The position numbers and the translations under genes were made by a program. Shown piece by piece: positions 49,965 through 62,285 of a DNA stretch of 64,000 nt. Within the stretch, counting starts at the first letter, position 1; each line of letters starts with the position of its first letter. Source of the DNA: Squalus acanthias (Eukaryota); the NCBI GenBank assembly GCA_030390025.1, contig CM059432.1, positions 36,334,001 through 36,398,000 of the forward strand, written 5' to 3'. The notes beneath the pieces are model-generated. The model searched no databases, was not told the DNA's origin, and saw nothing but the letters and a program-made list of their open reading frames with translations.

Positions 49965-51744
49965 TTGACGTGGCGTACATGGATTTCCAAAAGGTGTTCA
50001 ACAAAGTGCCACTTAATAGGCTTGCCGGCAAAGTTTAAGCCCATGGAATAAAAGGGACAGTGGCAGCATGGATACGAAATTGGATAAGTGACAAGAAACC
50101 GAGAGTAATGGTGAACGGTTGTTTTTCGGACTGGAGGAAGGTTCCCCAGGGGTCAGTACTAGGACCACTGCTTTTCTTGATATATATTAATGACTTGGAC
50201 TTGGCAGTACAGGGCACAATTTCAAAATTTGTAGATGACACAAAACTTGGAAGTATAGTGAACAGTGAGGAGGATAGTGATAGACTTCAAGAGGACATAG
50301 ACAGGCTGGTGAAATGGGCGGACACGTGGCAGATGAAATTTAACGCAGAAAAGGGCGAAGTGATACATTTTGGTAGGAAGAACGAGGAGAGGAACTATAA
50401 ACTAAAGGGTACAATCCTAAAGGGGGTGCATGAACAGAGAGACCTGGGGGTATATATGCACATATCGTTGAAGGTGGCAGGGCAGGTTGAGAAAGCGGTT
50501 AAAAAAGCATACGGGATACTGGGCTTCATAAATAGAGGCATAGAGTACAAAAGCAAGGAAGTTATGATGATCCTTTATAAAACACTGGTTTGGCCTCAAC
50601 TGGAGTATTGTGTCCAATTCTGGGCACCGCACTTTAGGAAGGATGTAAAGGCCTTAGAGAGGGTGCAGAAAAGATTTGAGTGGTTCCAGGGATGAGGGAC
50701 TTCAGTTATGTGGATAGACTGGAGAAGCTGGGATTATTCTCCTTACAGCAGAGAAGGTTGAGAGGAGTTTTGATAGAGGTGTTCAAAATCATGAGGGATC
50801 TAGACAGAGTAGATAGAGAAAAACTGTTCCCATTGGCGGAAGGGTCGAGAACCAGAGGAGACAGATTTAAGGTGATTGGCAGAAGAACCAAAGGCGACGT
50901 GAAGAAAAACTTTTTTACGCAGCGAGTGGTTAGGATCTGGAATGCACTGCCTGAAAGGGTGGTGGAGGCAGATTCAATCGTGGCTTTCAAAAGGGAATTG
51001 GAAAAGTACCTGAAAGGAAAAAAACTTGCAGGGCTACGAGGAAAGGGCGAGGGAGTGGGACTAGCTGAAGTGCCTTTGCAGAGAGCCGGCACGGGGTTGA
51101 CCGGCCGAATGGCCTCCTTCTGTGCTGTAACCATTCTATGATTCTATCTTTGATTCTTTCACTTTCTGGGCCTCACCGTAGAGTGTGATCCTGTCCTTGC
51201 CTGTGTCTACATGTGCACTTCCAGCTAAGGTCTCTGGATAATAATTGGGTCCAGGAGCCTTCACCATTTTCCCCCCCCTCTAACCCAAGTGCTTTGAGGC
51301 TATTTGCAGTGCTCCTACTGTTGCATTGGCGAGTTCTTACAATTCAGCATAGATTGGTGATCAAGCCTGCCAATTTACTAATCTGTGTATCTGTTACACT
51401 GCTTTAATTAACTGAACCATTGGATATGTTCAAGAATGCTCTTTAAAAATGAATCAAGAGAGTGACTTTGCAGACCAGATTAAAATTTTTCAAAGCTGTC
51501 TGATGTACATGTTTAAAATTTGCAATACAAACCTCTTCCCTTGTAGTTTCTTTCCAAATTCTGCTTTTTAAGAAAATGGGGAACTTGAGACTGAAATAGA
51601 TCACAAAACAGCCCTGGTAGTTTCATAATGATCACTACATTTAGTTGGGGGTGGGCAGGTGAATAATATGTCAGTGTAGCAGTTATGGTATTAGCAACAT
51701 AAGAGGTTAAGAGTTGATGTTCCACCATCTGATAATTTAAGAAC

Positions 51745-52490
51745 TAACATAAGTACATACAAAAATGATGGACATGAAAAGACCAACTGGTCCATTTAGC
51801 CTGTCCCATACAGTCGTGGTGCCTTATGCATCACGATACAGACACTCCCTACCCACCTGGAGCCATGTAATTTCCTGGGAGAGGCTAAAAACCCTAGCCA
51901 ATTAAGGGAAGTGGGGGGGGGGGGGGGGGCAACCTTGAATTCCTTTCCAACCCCTTTAGGTGATTGAAACTAGTCCAGGAGATCACATTGACCCTGATTT
52001 ATATTACAGGGTACCTAGCTTTTGTAGAAGGTGATCTTTGTCCCTGCCATTAACAGATCCAGCTCTTGAAGCAATACGATGAATAAATGCTAACCACATG
52101 AGCTGGCAACCTGTTCCACAGATGCACTATTCTCTGGGAAAAGAGCAACCTCCTAACATCCAACCTAGTTCTGCCCTTGCATAACTTGTAAGCGTGACCC
52201 CATGTCCTCCCTAACCTATCCAGTTAAAATAATTTGTCTAAATAACCACAATCTAGCCCCTTCATTATTTTATAAATCAAGTTTGTGCTTTTCTAAAGTA
52301 TACAGACTCAACTCTTTGAGCCTATCTGGGTAACAAAGATGTTTTAAACCTGGAATTCATTTTGTGCCCTTTCTCTGCTCCCTTTCCAATGCCTCAATGT
52401 CCCCCACCGTATGAAGAGACCAAAATTGGACAGCGTATTCTAACTGAGGCCTAACCAAAGTCTTGTACAAGGACAAAATGGCATGCTTTG
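51745..52490 (-). mobile_element. Older CR1-like 3' fragment
   Basis: Tail aacataagtacatac..gaccaactggtccatttagcc; accaaaattggacagcgtattctaactgaggcctaaccaaagtcttgtac (LVRPQLEYAVQFW). Confidence 0.7.
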
Positions 52491-52494
52491 TTTG

Positions 52495-52750
52495 TAGTGA
52501 ACTAAAAAATAACAGTAAAGACTGCCGGATTGTCTTGGAGCCAACTGGTTTGCTAATGTCCTTCAGGAAGGGAACTTGCCACCCCTACCTGGTCGGCCTA
52601 TATGTGACTCCAGTCTCACTGTGGTTGATGCACAATGCCTCTAAAGTAATCTAGCACACCACTTGGGTGCAAAAACAATTGCTTTAAGACAAAAGCCCAC
52701 TATCGCCTTCTCAGCATCATGGGATGGGCAATAAATACCAAATTGCCAGG
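52495..52750 (+). mobile_element. Degraded Meta-domain SINE
   Basis: ccaactggtttgctaatgtccttcaggaagg...gcctatatgtgactccag...gggcaataaat. Confidence 0.7.
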
Positions 52751-55700
52751 ATTCTTCTCTTCTTTCTCTTCCGTGCCTAGCATTACCTGAGACAACCCGT
52801 TTCTTCCCCTGCTTTTACATCCAGCAGATTATTTTTGTAACAAAGACCCTTTTTATATGGACTGGTTCTTAACCTGACTCTCAATCCCCTACCAAGAGGA
52901 CCACCTAGTTGCAATGGGAGGTCGCCACTCTGCTCCCATCGGAAGTGAGTACCCCGCTGGCTGTAAACCCAGTACTCAGAGGCTAGAATTCTCATTTCCG
53001 CTTGCTGGGGTGATGCCAAAGTTGCACACGTCCCAGATATATTTTTTAAGATGAGAGTGGAATAATTGCTGGAACTCTCAACTGTGACAAACAGATTTGC
53101 CGGATGGGTGTCAAACTTGCAGCTTTTCTGAGCAGGAAATGCTTGCTACATGGCTACTTCGTGAACATAACTAAATTATAATAGAATCATATATTGTGCT
53201 GAGTGCTGCCTGCCCCCTGCATCACAATTTAGCAGTAACTTTTCCAGGGTGCAAAGTGGAACTGGAGAGTTCTGCAGGAGAGCCACCCTTCTCTTTTAAC
53301 TTTGGTATGGAATCTTGTATCCTCCAGTGAGGGAAATCGCGATCACTCATCCCACTGTGGCTTTTTTTCCTCTATACAAGATTTGCGCGATGCTAGTACT
53401 TATTCACATTTACCACAACTTAGTGTATATCATCTGCACGTAACCTGGCATTCAGTTATGTGGTTGGGGGGGGCAGATGAATTGGTGAAATATTTTTCTC
53501 CTTGTTTTATTATCTGGCGAAGGTAGTAGTAGTTGAGGCAGCTAAATCACTGTGATTAGCAAGTGAGCTCTACTGCAGCAAACCTTAAAGCACTTGGAGG
53601 GGGTTGGGGGGAGGGCGGCAAGATATTAATTTGGAACTCTGTCATTCATATTTAAATGTGTGATCTGTGACACAAGAGTTTAGAGTTATTAAACTGAGTG
53701 TTTTAAGAATGCATTTTTTTTTTTTGACCGGGTGTACGATTTGAAAATTCCTTTTAAGACATAAAAAAACTTCCTACTTTCTAGTTCTGTTTCAGTCTCT
53801 ATCTCACCTGGTGGGTAAATACACTGACCTGGTGTAGTACCGAGTCATGCTGATCAAAAAGGTGCCCAGACTTGATCCCTGGTCTTTGCTGTTATCTCAT
53901 GTCAGGGCAGCAGTTGGGGGTGTTGGGATTGCACTGAGCTAGAGAAGAGGAACAAGGCAAATCAGTCCGGTTTCTCAAACCAATACAGCGACCTAGCTGG
54001 TTTGGATATTGGATGAGTACATGATTTGAGCCTTGGTTCTTTTTCTCTTTCCTCCTCTTCTCTCTCTCTTTTACCCCCCCGCCCCCCCCAATAGTTAAAT
54101 GGGGAGGGGAGCAGGTTACTTGAGAGTTGCTGTGCCCGCAGTGAGAGACTGCCTTCAAGAAAGTTTGTGTGGTGGGGAGGCTGTGGCGTGGTGAAACTAT
54201 TCGATTTGCATAAATTAACTTTTGAACTATAATCCTTCAGAATGTGCTGTGGGCAGTAGGTGGAGTCTGGACAGCAATGCAACCTCTCGTAACACTTGCT
54301 GGTAGCTGTTAACAATTTCTATTCATTAAGTAACGAGACCACGTGCCAAACTTGGCCCACAAGCACTTGCAATCTGTTTCTCCTGTAATCTCTTGGATTT
54401 TAATATAATTTTACCAGATGTCTGATGTTTAGGAAACTTAGCTTACCTACTAATTAGTGTAATGTAAATTAGATACAGAAGTGTTGAAACGTGCCACCCT
54501 CCCACTGCATCATGTTCTAAACTAATACAGAAAAGTGCTGATCTGTTGGTCCTCCCTCTATTGTTAATTAATGACAGTCGCCTGTTATGGTCTTTGTGAA
54601 ATTGCTACTTCTGTGTTAACCCCTTGAGGATACTTCACGATCGCAAGTTGGATACTGATGAGGAATGTTTCCCCCACCTTGGCTTCAGGGACAAAATCCT
54701 GCAGACTCCCTTGAATGTTGAACTTTGTGATATCAGTCCAAAATTTAACCCCCTTAGAAAAGAATAACTTGAAAAGAGAACCCGCTGCGAATGAGGTGGC
54801 AGGGAGGAGGAGGTGTGGAAGGCAGCAATTAGTGGTCCTGTGTGTCCATCTAATGGCAATCTGCTGTGACTCAATGCTGGTAAATGCAGATGCAGATAGA
54901 CCAGCATTAGCCAAATCATATCCCTGAAACTTGTGGGATTTTCTTGTTTTAAAGTAGATTCTAATTGCTTTTAGTGCAGCTGCTGTGCATGTTGTTGTTG
55001 TTCAATTTGTTGCTAAAGTCAGCTGCTTAACGATGACCGATGGAAATGGAATCTAAGACCGTGGCCCATCCCACATGGTAGTTGATTGGGTGGCAGTCAG
55101 ACTGGAGTAGTAACAATAGAAATGACACTTTTTCAAATGCCCCTCCCCCAATATTGCAAAGAGGAGGAATGGAGGCTATCTATTGTTGAAAGGAAAAGTC
55201 TTTATAAATGACCTTCATTCCATCCCTCCTTCCTGAAAATATTTCTATTAGTACTAGCAGTGAAGGGACTGAAGAGAAACTTGACTCTTTGAAGTTGTGT
55301 ATATTGTACAGCTGATGTTGCACATTGGTGCAGAGTGCTGATTAATTGGATGCTTCTACTGATTTGCTTCTCGCATGGAAATTTAGCTTTAAACTGCATA
55401 CTTTCATGCTCGAGTTTTGTGAAATCAGGTGGTGTTTGTGTGTTTTGGTATTAACTGTTGCTGTGCAGACTTTTTGTTTGCATCTGAAAAGCTGGAAGTT
55501 TATCCTGAAATTTGGTAATTGCTGAATTATCAAGGGAAGTGAGTTGTGTCAGAAGTGGAAAACTGTTTTGCATAAATATTAAACATTAAGAGATAATCCC
55601 TCCGAGGAGCTTATGATTAGAAACTGAGGAATCTGCTCTTTGTTCTGCCACTTAAATGGAGAGTAGCAAATAAGATTGTTTAATTTTGATTTTAAAGAAG

Positions 55701-56229
55701 TATGGTGCCTACTTGTCTGTTCCTTGTATTAAAAAAAAGTTATAACCAAGGATTTGGCTGGGTGTTATGGGGAGTGGGTGGGTGGTGGTGAGTGGTTACA
55801 TGCTCTATCCTTGCTATTGAATGTTCCCTCTGTTTGATAAAGACAGCAACAAAAGTTTCTCTCCCCCCACACCCCCCCCCCCCCCCCCCCTCCAACCTCT
55901 CATGAAGGTATTGACTCAAGGTACTATTGCAGGGGTGCCAGCAGCCATCCAGTATCTTGTCTCAGTGGCCATTTGTGTGTGACTCTACATATGTAACTGG
56001 CTGGGATATTTGATTGTGAGGGAATAGCCATTGACAAGTGCAGTTCCCAGCAGGAGTTGCTGGGTAGTGATGAGGGTGGAATCTTGCCTGACCTTTTCTT
56101 TCTTTATCCATCAAACCTCTGATTATGGAGCAAAACTGTAGGCACCACACCTTTTTATTACAGCCATGAAAGTGTTAGACTCATCTTTACCAAAATATAT
56201 TTTAAATAAATGCACAGTGACATGGTGTT

Positions 56230-56540
56230 AAGTCTGTGGCGAGTTAACTGATCTGCAGTTAGCAGTAGGGACATTGCAGTTAACCTCTGTGTCCAGACTA
56301 GAGGGTGGTAAGGAATGGTGAAAAGCAGCTCGTGTCCTTGGGACAAAGTGACACTTGTTCAAACTAGTAAAAGGTAAATTTAGGACTTGTATCAGAAAAT
56401 TCTTCTCATACACCATGATCACTGTATGGAATGGATATGGAGCAGACTTAGATACAGTACTGGACATGAAAGCCCTGAAACTGTTTTTAGAAACAGTTGG
56501 ATGCTGAAATAGAAGGACTTTAAAGTATTTCTGGATGGAT
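56230..56540 (+). mobile_element. Old CR1-like 3' remnant
   Basis: ttcaaactagtaaaaggtaaatttaggact..agaaaattcttctc..tggaatgg resembles the CR1 C-terminus. Confidence 0.5.
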
Positions 56541-59500
56541 GAATTAAAATGGCCTGCCTCATCAGTAATGACCTGTGTAATGCTGGACTGTGTAAGCAAG
56601 TGGATCTTGTGTGAGGATTGGATGGGTTCGGCTATGACACTTGCCCAGTGAAATAGTTTGGTGCTCACTGCCTTGACGTATGTGAATGGAATGGCCACTT
56701 TGGCAAAGTGCAGAGGGCTGCTGTGGAACTGTACCCCAGCAGCAGCCAATCCCTTCAGCAGAAGATGACAAATGTGTGCGTGTTTTCTTTAAAGAGCAGT
56801 AAATGGTGAGTCATAGTCAGTATTTATACTGTACGTAACAACTCGAGGATGATAAACCGAGTCTGCAGACGACAGTGATTCAGGCAGCTGACCGAATTAA
56901 GTAGCGTTGAGTCACTGGTTTTAAAATATAGCAAACTTTTCTTTTTGGCTGCAAGCAAGAGATTAAGTACATAGGTGAAATTTAAATTGACTACCTGGAT
57001 TGATCCAAGTAGTCTTTAATGTAATGTGCTGGCCCTATAAGTAAATATTCCAGTTCATTTTATATTTGGATAGTCATCCTATTCAATGATCTGTGTAATG
57101 CAGAGGTTGGGATTTGTATAGAAGAGAGTTTTGCCTTAGAGGTAAAGTTACTCTGTCTGAGCCATACTGACCACAAAGCTCGATTGCCAAGTATGTGTTG
57201 AGTTGGTAAAGGCAGATGAGCTGCATTTGGCCTCTGCCCCAATGGCTAGGGTTCCTCTTCCTGATTGTGATTAGCTGGAAGTGCATGTGTGAATGCCGGA
57301 TTAAACTCAGCAGTGATCTCCTCCATAGTTGGAGAGCCTGCTGACCCTGTCAAGGCTCACGCATGAATAATGGGCTTTTGGGTGAAGTACCAAATGGCAG
57401 CTGCTACCCATATAATTGAGTCAAAGACTTCAGGGAGGAGGGAGAAAATCAGAAAGAATATTGTGTGGTTTGTGATCTAACGTTTTCTGGAGAGCTTGTA
57501 TGTTTAAAATATCTGCTTTCTACCTCTTTATACTAACTTCCTGTGCTTTTTTGCTTCCTTTCTCCTTTCCCCATTTCTCTCCTCCCTTCCGAATATCTAT
57601 CTAGCAGCGTAGAATGGAGCTTTTTATCACTCTGGTCACTCTGCACCACACACAAGAGCAGCTCCAGTGATTAAATGTTTGCAAAACTCGACTCTACAGC
57701 TCTGAAAGTGTCATCTTGAAAAAGTTTTTGCCAATTATTTGCAGTTCCACTTTTGGCGAGTATCAAAGGTCCAAAGAGCATCTTTACGCTTGTGGCCACT
57801 TCTGCTTTATTTTCATAATCTTTTGGAATCTGACTGGTTAGACTGGTGTGAAAAATGGGTGATGTTCAGCAAAAAAAAATCACATAAATTTACTCAGACT
57901 TTATTCATGTAACACTTTTAAAAATAACTTATTGAATTGTTTACCCGACCACTGCAAACCTGCTAGTTTCTATTAGGGTTGTAACTTCATTTGTGTACCT
58001 GGTTGGGGGGCTTGGGTGGGATGGAATCTGGTGGTATTCTGTACCACAGTTTTCATCTTTTGGACTCCGAAGGACTGATGACAGTGCTGGTGAAGGAACT
58101 GTTGGGTTGAGGAAGCAACAGTAAGGCAGCTTCTAACCAAATCTTAGTTAATCCATCAAAGCACTCGAAGTACTAAGTTTATTTTGTTACAGCACTAATC
58201 TGAAGGGCTATCAATGCTGCAATCACTGCTTGCAATGACTGAGGTAGTCCCAACTCTTTTTTTATTACGTGTGATTCCAAAATTTTTACCTGCATTTTGG
58301 GGATAGCATCCTGCAATTTTTGTCTGCATTTTACTCTAGATGTAGCCAGCCATTGGCCTAGAAAGCCTGTCTTTTTTTGCAGCAGCAGTTTAACTGTATT
58401 TATTTACAAACTTAAACCTTTATTGCATGGCCATTTAATAAAAGAACTGGAAGGGGAGGAGAAAACAGGTGTAAATTCAGAATTGGCCATCACTAATTAA
58501 CACACATGTCGCATTGTGAGACCGTATTCACAGAACAGTGGGATCTTAGTAATGTCACTCAACCCTAGCAAAGATTGTGATCAGACTTTTTTGGAAAGTA
58601 CAGCTGTCGAGGATGCTGTTAGCACATTGAAAGTCCTGTCGTATACATGTAAGATTTCTGTAATGAGATTTGAGTAGTCTCAATCAATGGCTCGAGACCT
58701 GCCTCAGTTTGTGAACTCAGTGCCCATCTTGCTTTGCCTCCCTGGTGCAGAAACGTTCAGGAGTTGAGAGATCAACTCTGCTTCTGGCTGCTGCACTCAA
58801 GTTGTATAAAAGAAAAGCTTCTAGCCTTGGTCGTCCCTGACTTGAGAACACTTTCATATAAACCTGGTGGTTTATTGTGGGCTTGCGAATGCAGGCCTTG
58901 TGCTTCACTTGCAGTCAATTCTTAAAAACCGCCTCATGACTCCTATTTATAAAAGGGTTTGTGCTGTGAGTATTGAAGTATTGGCATTATATTTCCGAGG
59001 GGTTTAAAATCTGCCACTGCCTGTTGCTGTCTGAAATATTCCTGTAAGTATGTCCTGATATCGCTGTCTAGCGGCCTATACATGTAAGATTTCCTTACCA
59101 CTGTGCCAGGGCTTGGATGCTGAGTGACAGGCAGGCCTGTTGCTGGAAGTCAAGTCTTATCTATTCAGCAAGCTTCCATTGTAAGCTGAATGTTTCCCAT
59201 GGTCTCATTGGTGATGTCAGTTGCACAAATCTTCTCACTAGTGCATGTGGCATTTCTCTCCCTTTTTCTCACTCTTTTCTATTTTATCCTCTTTTACTGA
59301 AACAAAACTTATGCTTAATTATTTTTAATGCACATCTATATGTAAATTGCTGATAATGGTTTGGTTGAAATTTCTTTCTAGATGCACTTTCTTTAACATT
59401 TTTTATATTTTAACTTATTTTGTAAGGAGTTTTAATTTCAGCTACAGTTGCTTGTGTAGCCATTAAAGCTTTGTGACCACTTCCCCTGCAGCCTAGTGCT

Positions 59501-61198
59501 GATCTAGGTATCGGCTATTACAGCACTTGTGCTGCAGTTGGCCTCAGTGCCCCTGGGCTAGGAACAAGAAAACTCAGTCAGGGGTCCAGCTTCTGATTGC
59601 TATGCAGTCACCCTGGCTATAGTGCTTTTCATATTTGGGTAGCATAACCTATCTAGGCTCCTTGGCTGAAGTACCAGAGAGCTGCTGGTGCCTGACAAAC
59701 CATAACCTGTCAGGCGCCAACATCTTCTGGAGAAGAGGGAAGACATTTGGCAAAAAAATACTGACCAAATACTTTGAGAATCTACAGATCTCTGCCATCT
59801 GTGCTCCATTCTGAAGTTAACAAACCTGAAACTTCCCCCTTTTTTAAAATCCCTACCTGTTTCACTTTCCTTTTCAATGATTAAACTAACCCAGTACAAA
59901 TTATTTCCTGGAGCCAACAAACCTACTGACATCCACTTTGAGGACAGCATTTCCGATCCAGTCCAAGAAGTTGTCCTGGTCTTGGCTTCAGGAACACGTT
60001 ATGCTCTTGTGATGCATGTTGAACTCTTCATTTCCTTATTTTTGGATTTGGAGTCTCGTGCGCACTGAGGAAGTGGTTTCCTGTCTTGAGAATGCTTTCC
60101 TTCTATTGGTTGTAAGAAATGCATATCAGTAGCCTTCTAGTACCTGCTTACTCTGTATTCAGATAGGCTTCAAAAACTCACTTCATTCTTCCAGTACCAG
60201 CCCAGTCACAATTCTGTAAGTTGTCCTTGTGGTGTATTGACTACACAGCCAAAGAGGAGTGAGTGGAAAGATGACTTTCCAGGTGCCTTGTTAAATTGTT
60301 CTAGAGAAAGTGAGCAGTTTACATACCCCCTTTTGTAGTTTGTCTCTTGCCCTGCTTCTTAACTTCTCCAATTTGTGGGGAGTTGAAGGGGAGGAGCCTC
60401 ACCCCCATCACTTCACCAAAAGTTGGTGCAATATTAAGTCAATAATTTAAGGTTTAATATCAGTGCTGTTACATGTGACTTCTCAGTCAGCCCCCCCCCC
60501 ACCCACCCTCTCATCCCAACTTTCCAATATTTTCATTGATTGAAACTTTAGCTGTGCTGTTTGCTTCCTTTGTTCAACTCCCATTACATCATTTAGTTGA
60601 ATAACTGGGAACAGTGGGAGCAGCATTTTAAACTTGTATTGCCAAAGCACATTCATGATTTTGAGCACTTCAAATGGGACGGATTCACTATTGGAATATA
60701 AATTATGCTACTCGGTTGGAAGGGGTTTTAATTTTTGGTAAAGTTTGTTCTGTTAGAACGGTGGTGTGATGCAACTTGCTGAGACACTGGACGTTCAGTC
60801 ACTCTCTTTGCTAGTCACTGACTCTAAATTCATCCCTAGATGCTCTGGATTTAAATGTTGGACTTCACAGCAACTGGCTGAATCTTGGTAAATTCATAGT
60901 TACTCCCCTGTCCCCTTGAAGTTTAGTCATTCCCTGTCCTGCCACTGCTGGCAGGAGGGTGTAATTACAGTGTGACAAGTTTGCACAGGCAGTTTCCATT
61001 ATAAGTTCCTATGTTCACATTTCTAATAGAAATATAAAAATAAGAGCAGAATATATGACTTTTTAAAAAGGAAACTGGAAGACAGAGTTACATTTGTATA
61101 TCCCCACCCTCTAAACATATATTTCACCTAAATACTGCACTTGGTCTTGACTCCTCGTGTGCAATATCAAGGAGATCGATGAGTAGGGGAAGAAAAAT

Positions 61199-61199
<1 letters not shown>

Positions 61200-61229
<30 letters not shown>
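61200..61229. repeat. Poly(C) homopolymer (30 nt); other G/C runs near 25599, 51913 and 55863
   Basis: Direct reading. Confidence 0.9.
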
Positions 61230-61703
61230 AGAAGAGCACATTTTGTAGAACCAGCCTCATTCACCAGTTGACCAGCTTGGTTTGTTCTGAATTAGTTCTA
61301 AAAATTCCTAGCCAGAGAGGAGGTATTTATAAATTTCCCTGGAGTTAAAGATTGATGCTTTTTTTAAAAAAAGAAGAAAATTGTACATGTTACTTTTAAT
61401 CTTATTTTAACACTTTTTTTAAACTGACATGGAGCTGCCTTTAACTTGTGTAACTGATGTAGCATTCAGGTTAATTGTGTGTGTGTGTGTGATATTTTAC
61501 ATTGTAACCTGGACTAATCTTGTCTTGTAAACCTCCTCTAATTCTTAACACTTTGTAACGCGTGCAGTTTCTCATCTTCAATGTACTAATGATACTAATA
61601 AACATGATTCACTAATAAGCTGAATAACTGGCACCTGTCTCTGTCATTTCATGTACCAGTGTCTGAATCTAACATGTATGATATAGAAAGATACCACTTA
61701 AAT

Positions 61704-62078
61704 CAGTGTTGTCCAATAAAAATTGCTGAATAGTCATAGGTGTGGCTACAGCAACACCGTTTTAGCCACATGCTCTAATTTTAGTACACACAATGCAGGT
61801 AAATGTACTTAATAAATATCTACCACCATTCAGTAGCCAAAGAAGCAAAGCACCAACCATCAAAAAACACTCTCTCTATGCTTTTCGACTTCCCGTTTAA
61901 CCAACAAATACACAAAAAGGTTAAAGTACATATCCATACACCATGCGAAGATGAGGATAATGATCACATGCCCAATGACTGTGTCTATTACTTGTTTTTT
62001 ATTTACTAATCAGAAATGCAATCGGCCACATCTGGATTCCCAATTAGCCACATGTGGCTAAGGTATTGGACAACACGG
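61704..62078. mobile_element. hAT-Charlie-like MITE (MER3/MER33-type architecture)
   Basis: TIR CAGTGTTGTCCAATA / TATTGGACAACACGG (1 mismatch); 8-bp TSD acttaaat (61696-61703) / acttaatt (62079-62086); subterminal palindrome TAGCCACATGTGGCTA (62045-62060). Confidence 0.85.
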
Positions 62079-62285
62079 ACTTAATTCCTATATGTTGCTG
62101 TACATTTAACATCATTCCTGTACCACTACCCATCATAGTAATGAGTAATGTCATCACTGTAATTATTTATATATAACACCTAAAATTTAGAAAACATCCC
62201 ATAGTGCTTTAGAAGAGAAAATGGAGACTGAGCTTCAGTAGGAGAAGTTGGGAGTGAGCTGACCACAAGCAAAATTGAAAAGGTA

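Larger units (their letters stand above)
45310..51147 (+). mobile_element. Near full-length CR1 ORF2 host (45310-45652, ~46731-46920, ~48505-49052, 49965-51147) with nested insertions
   Basis: EN motifs (NKVGELQAQI..ITETWLK, MGDFNYP), RT ([37 protein letters not shown]) and tail attctatgattcta occur in order across the pieces. Confidence 0.88.

Noticed and set aside
52750..52950. Acceptor/donor pair as a MAP4 exon
   Set aside because: Phase-1 translation from 52781 or 52825/52828 terminates before the donor.
57515..57680. Long pyrimidine tract with AG acceptors as the next MAP4 coding exon
   Set aside because: All three AG options (57604, 57607, 57612) hit stops in the required phase and show no MAP4 similarity.
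61200..61229. Functional G-quadruplex/i-motif element
   Set aside because: Simple homopolymer whose length is unreliable in assemblies; no supporting context.
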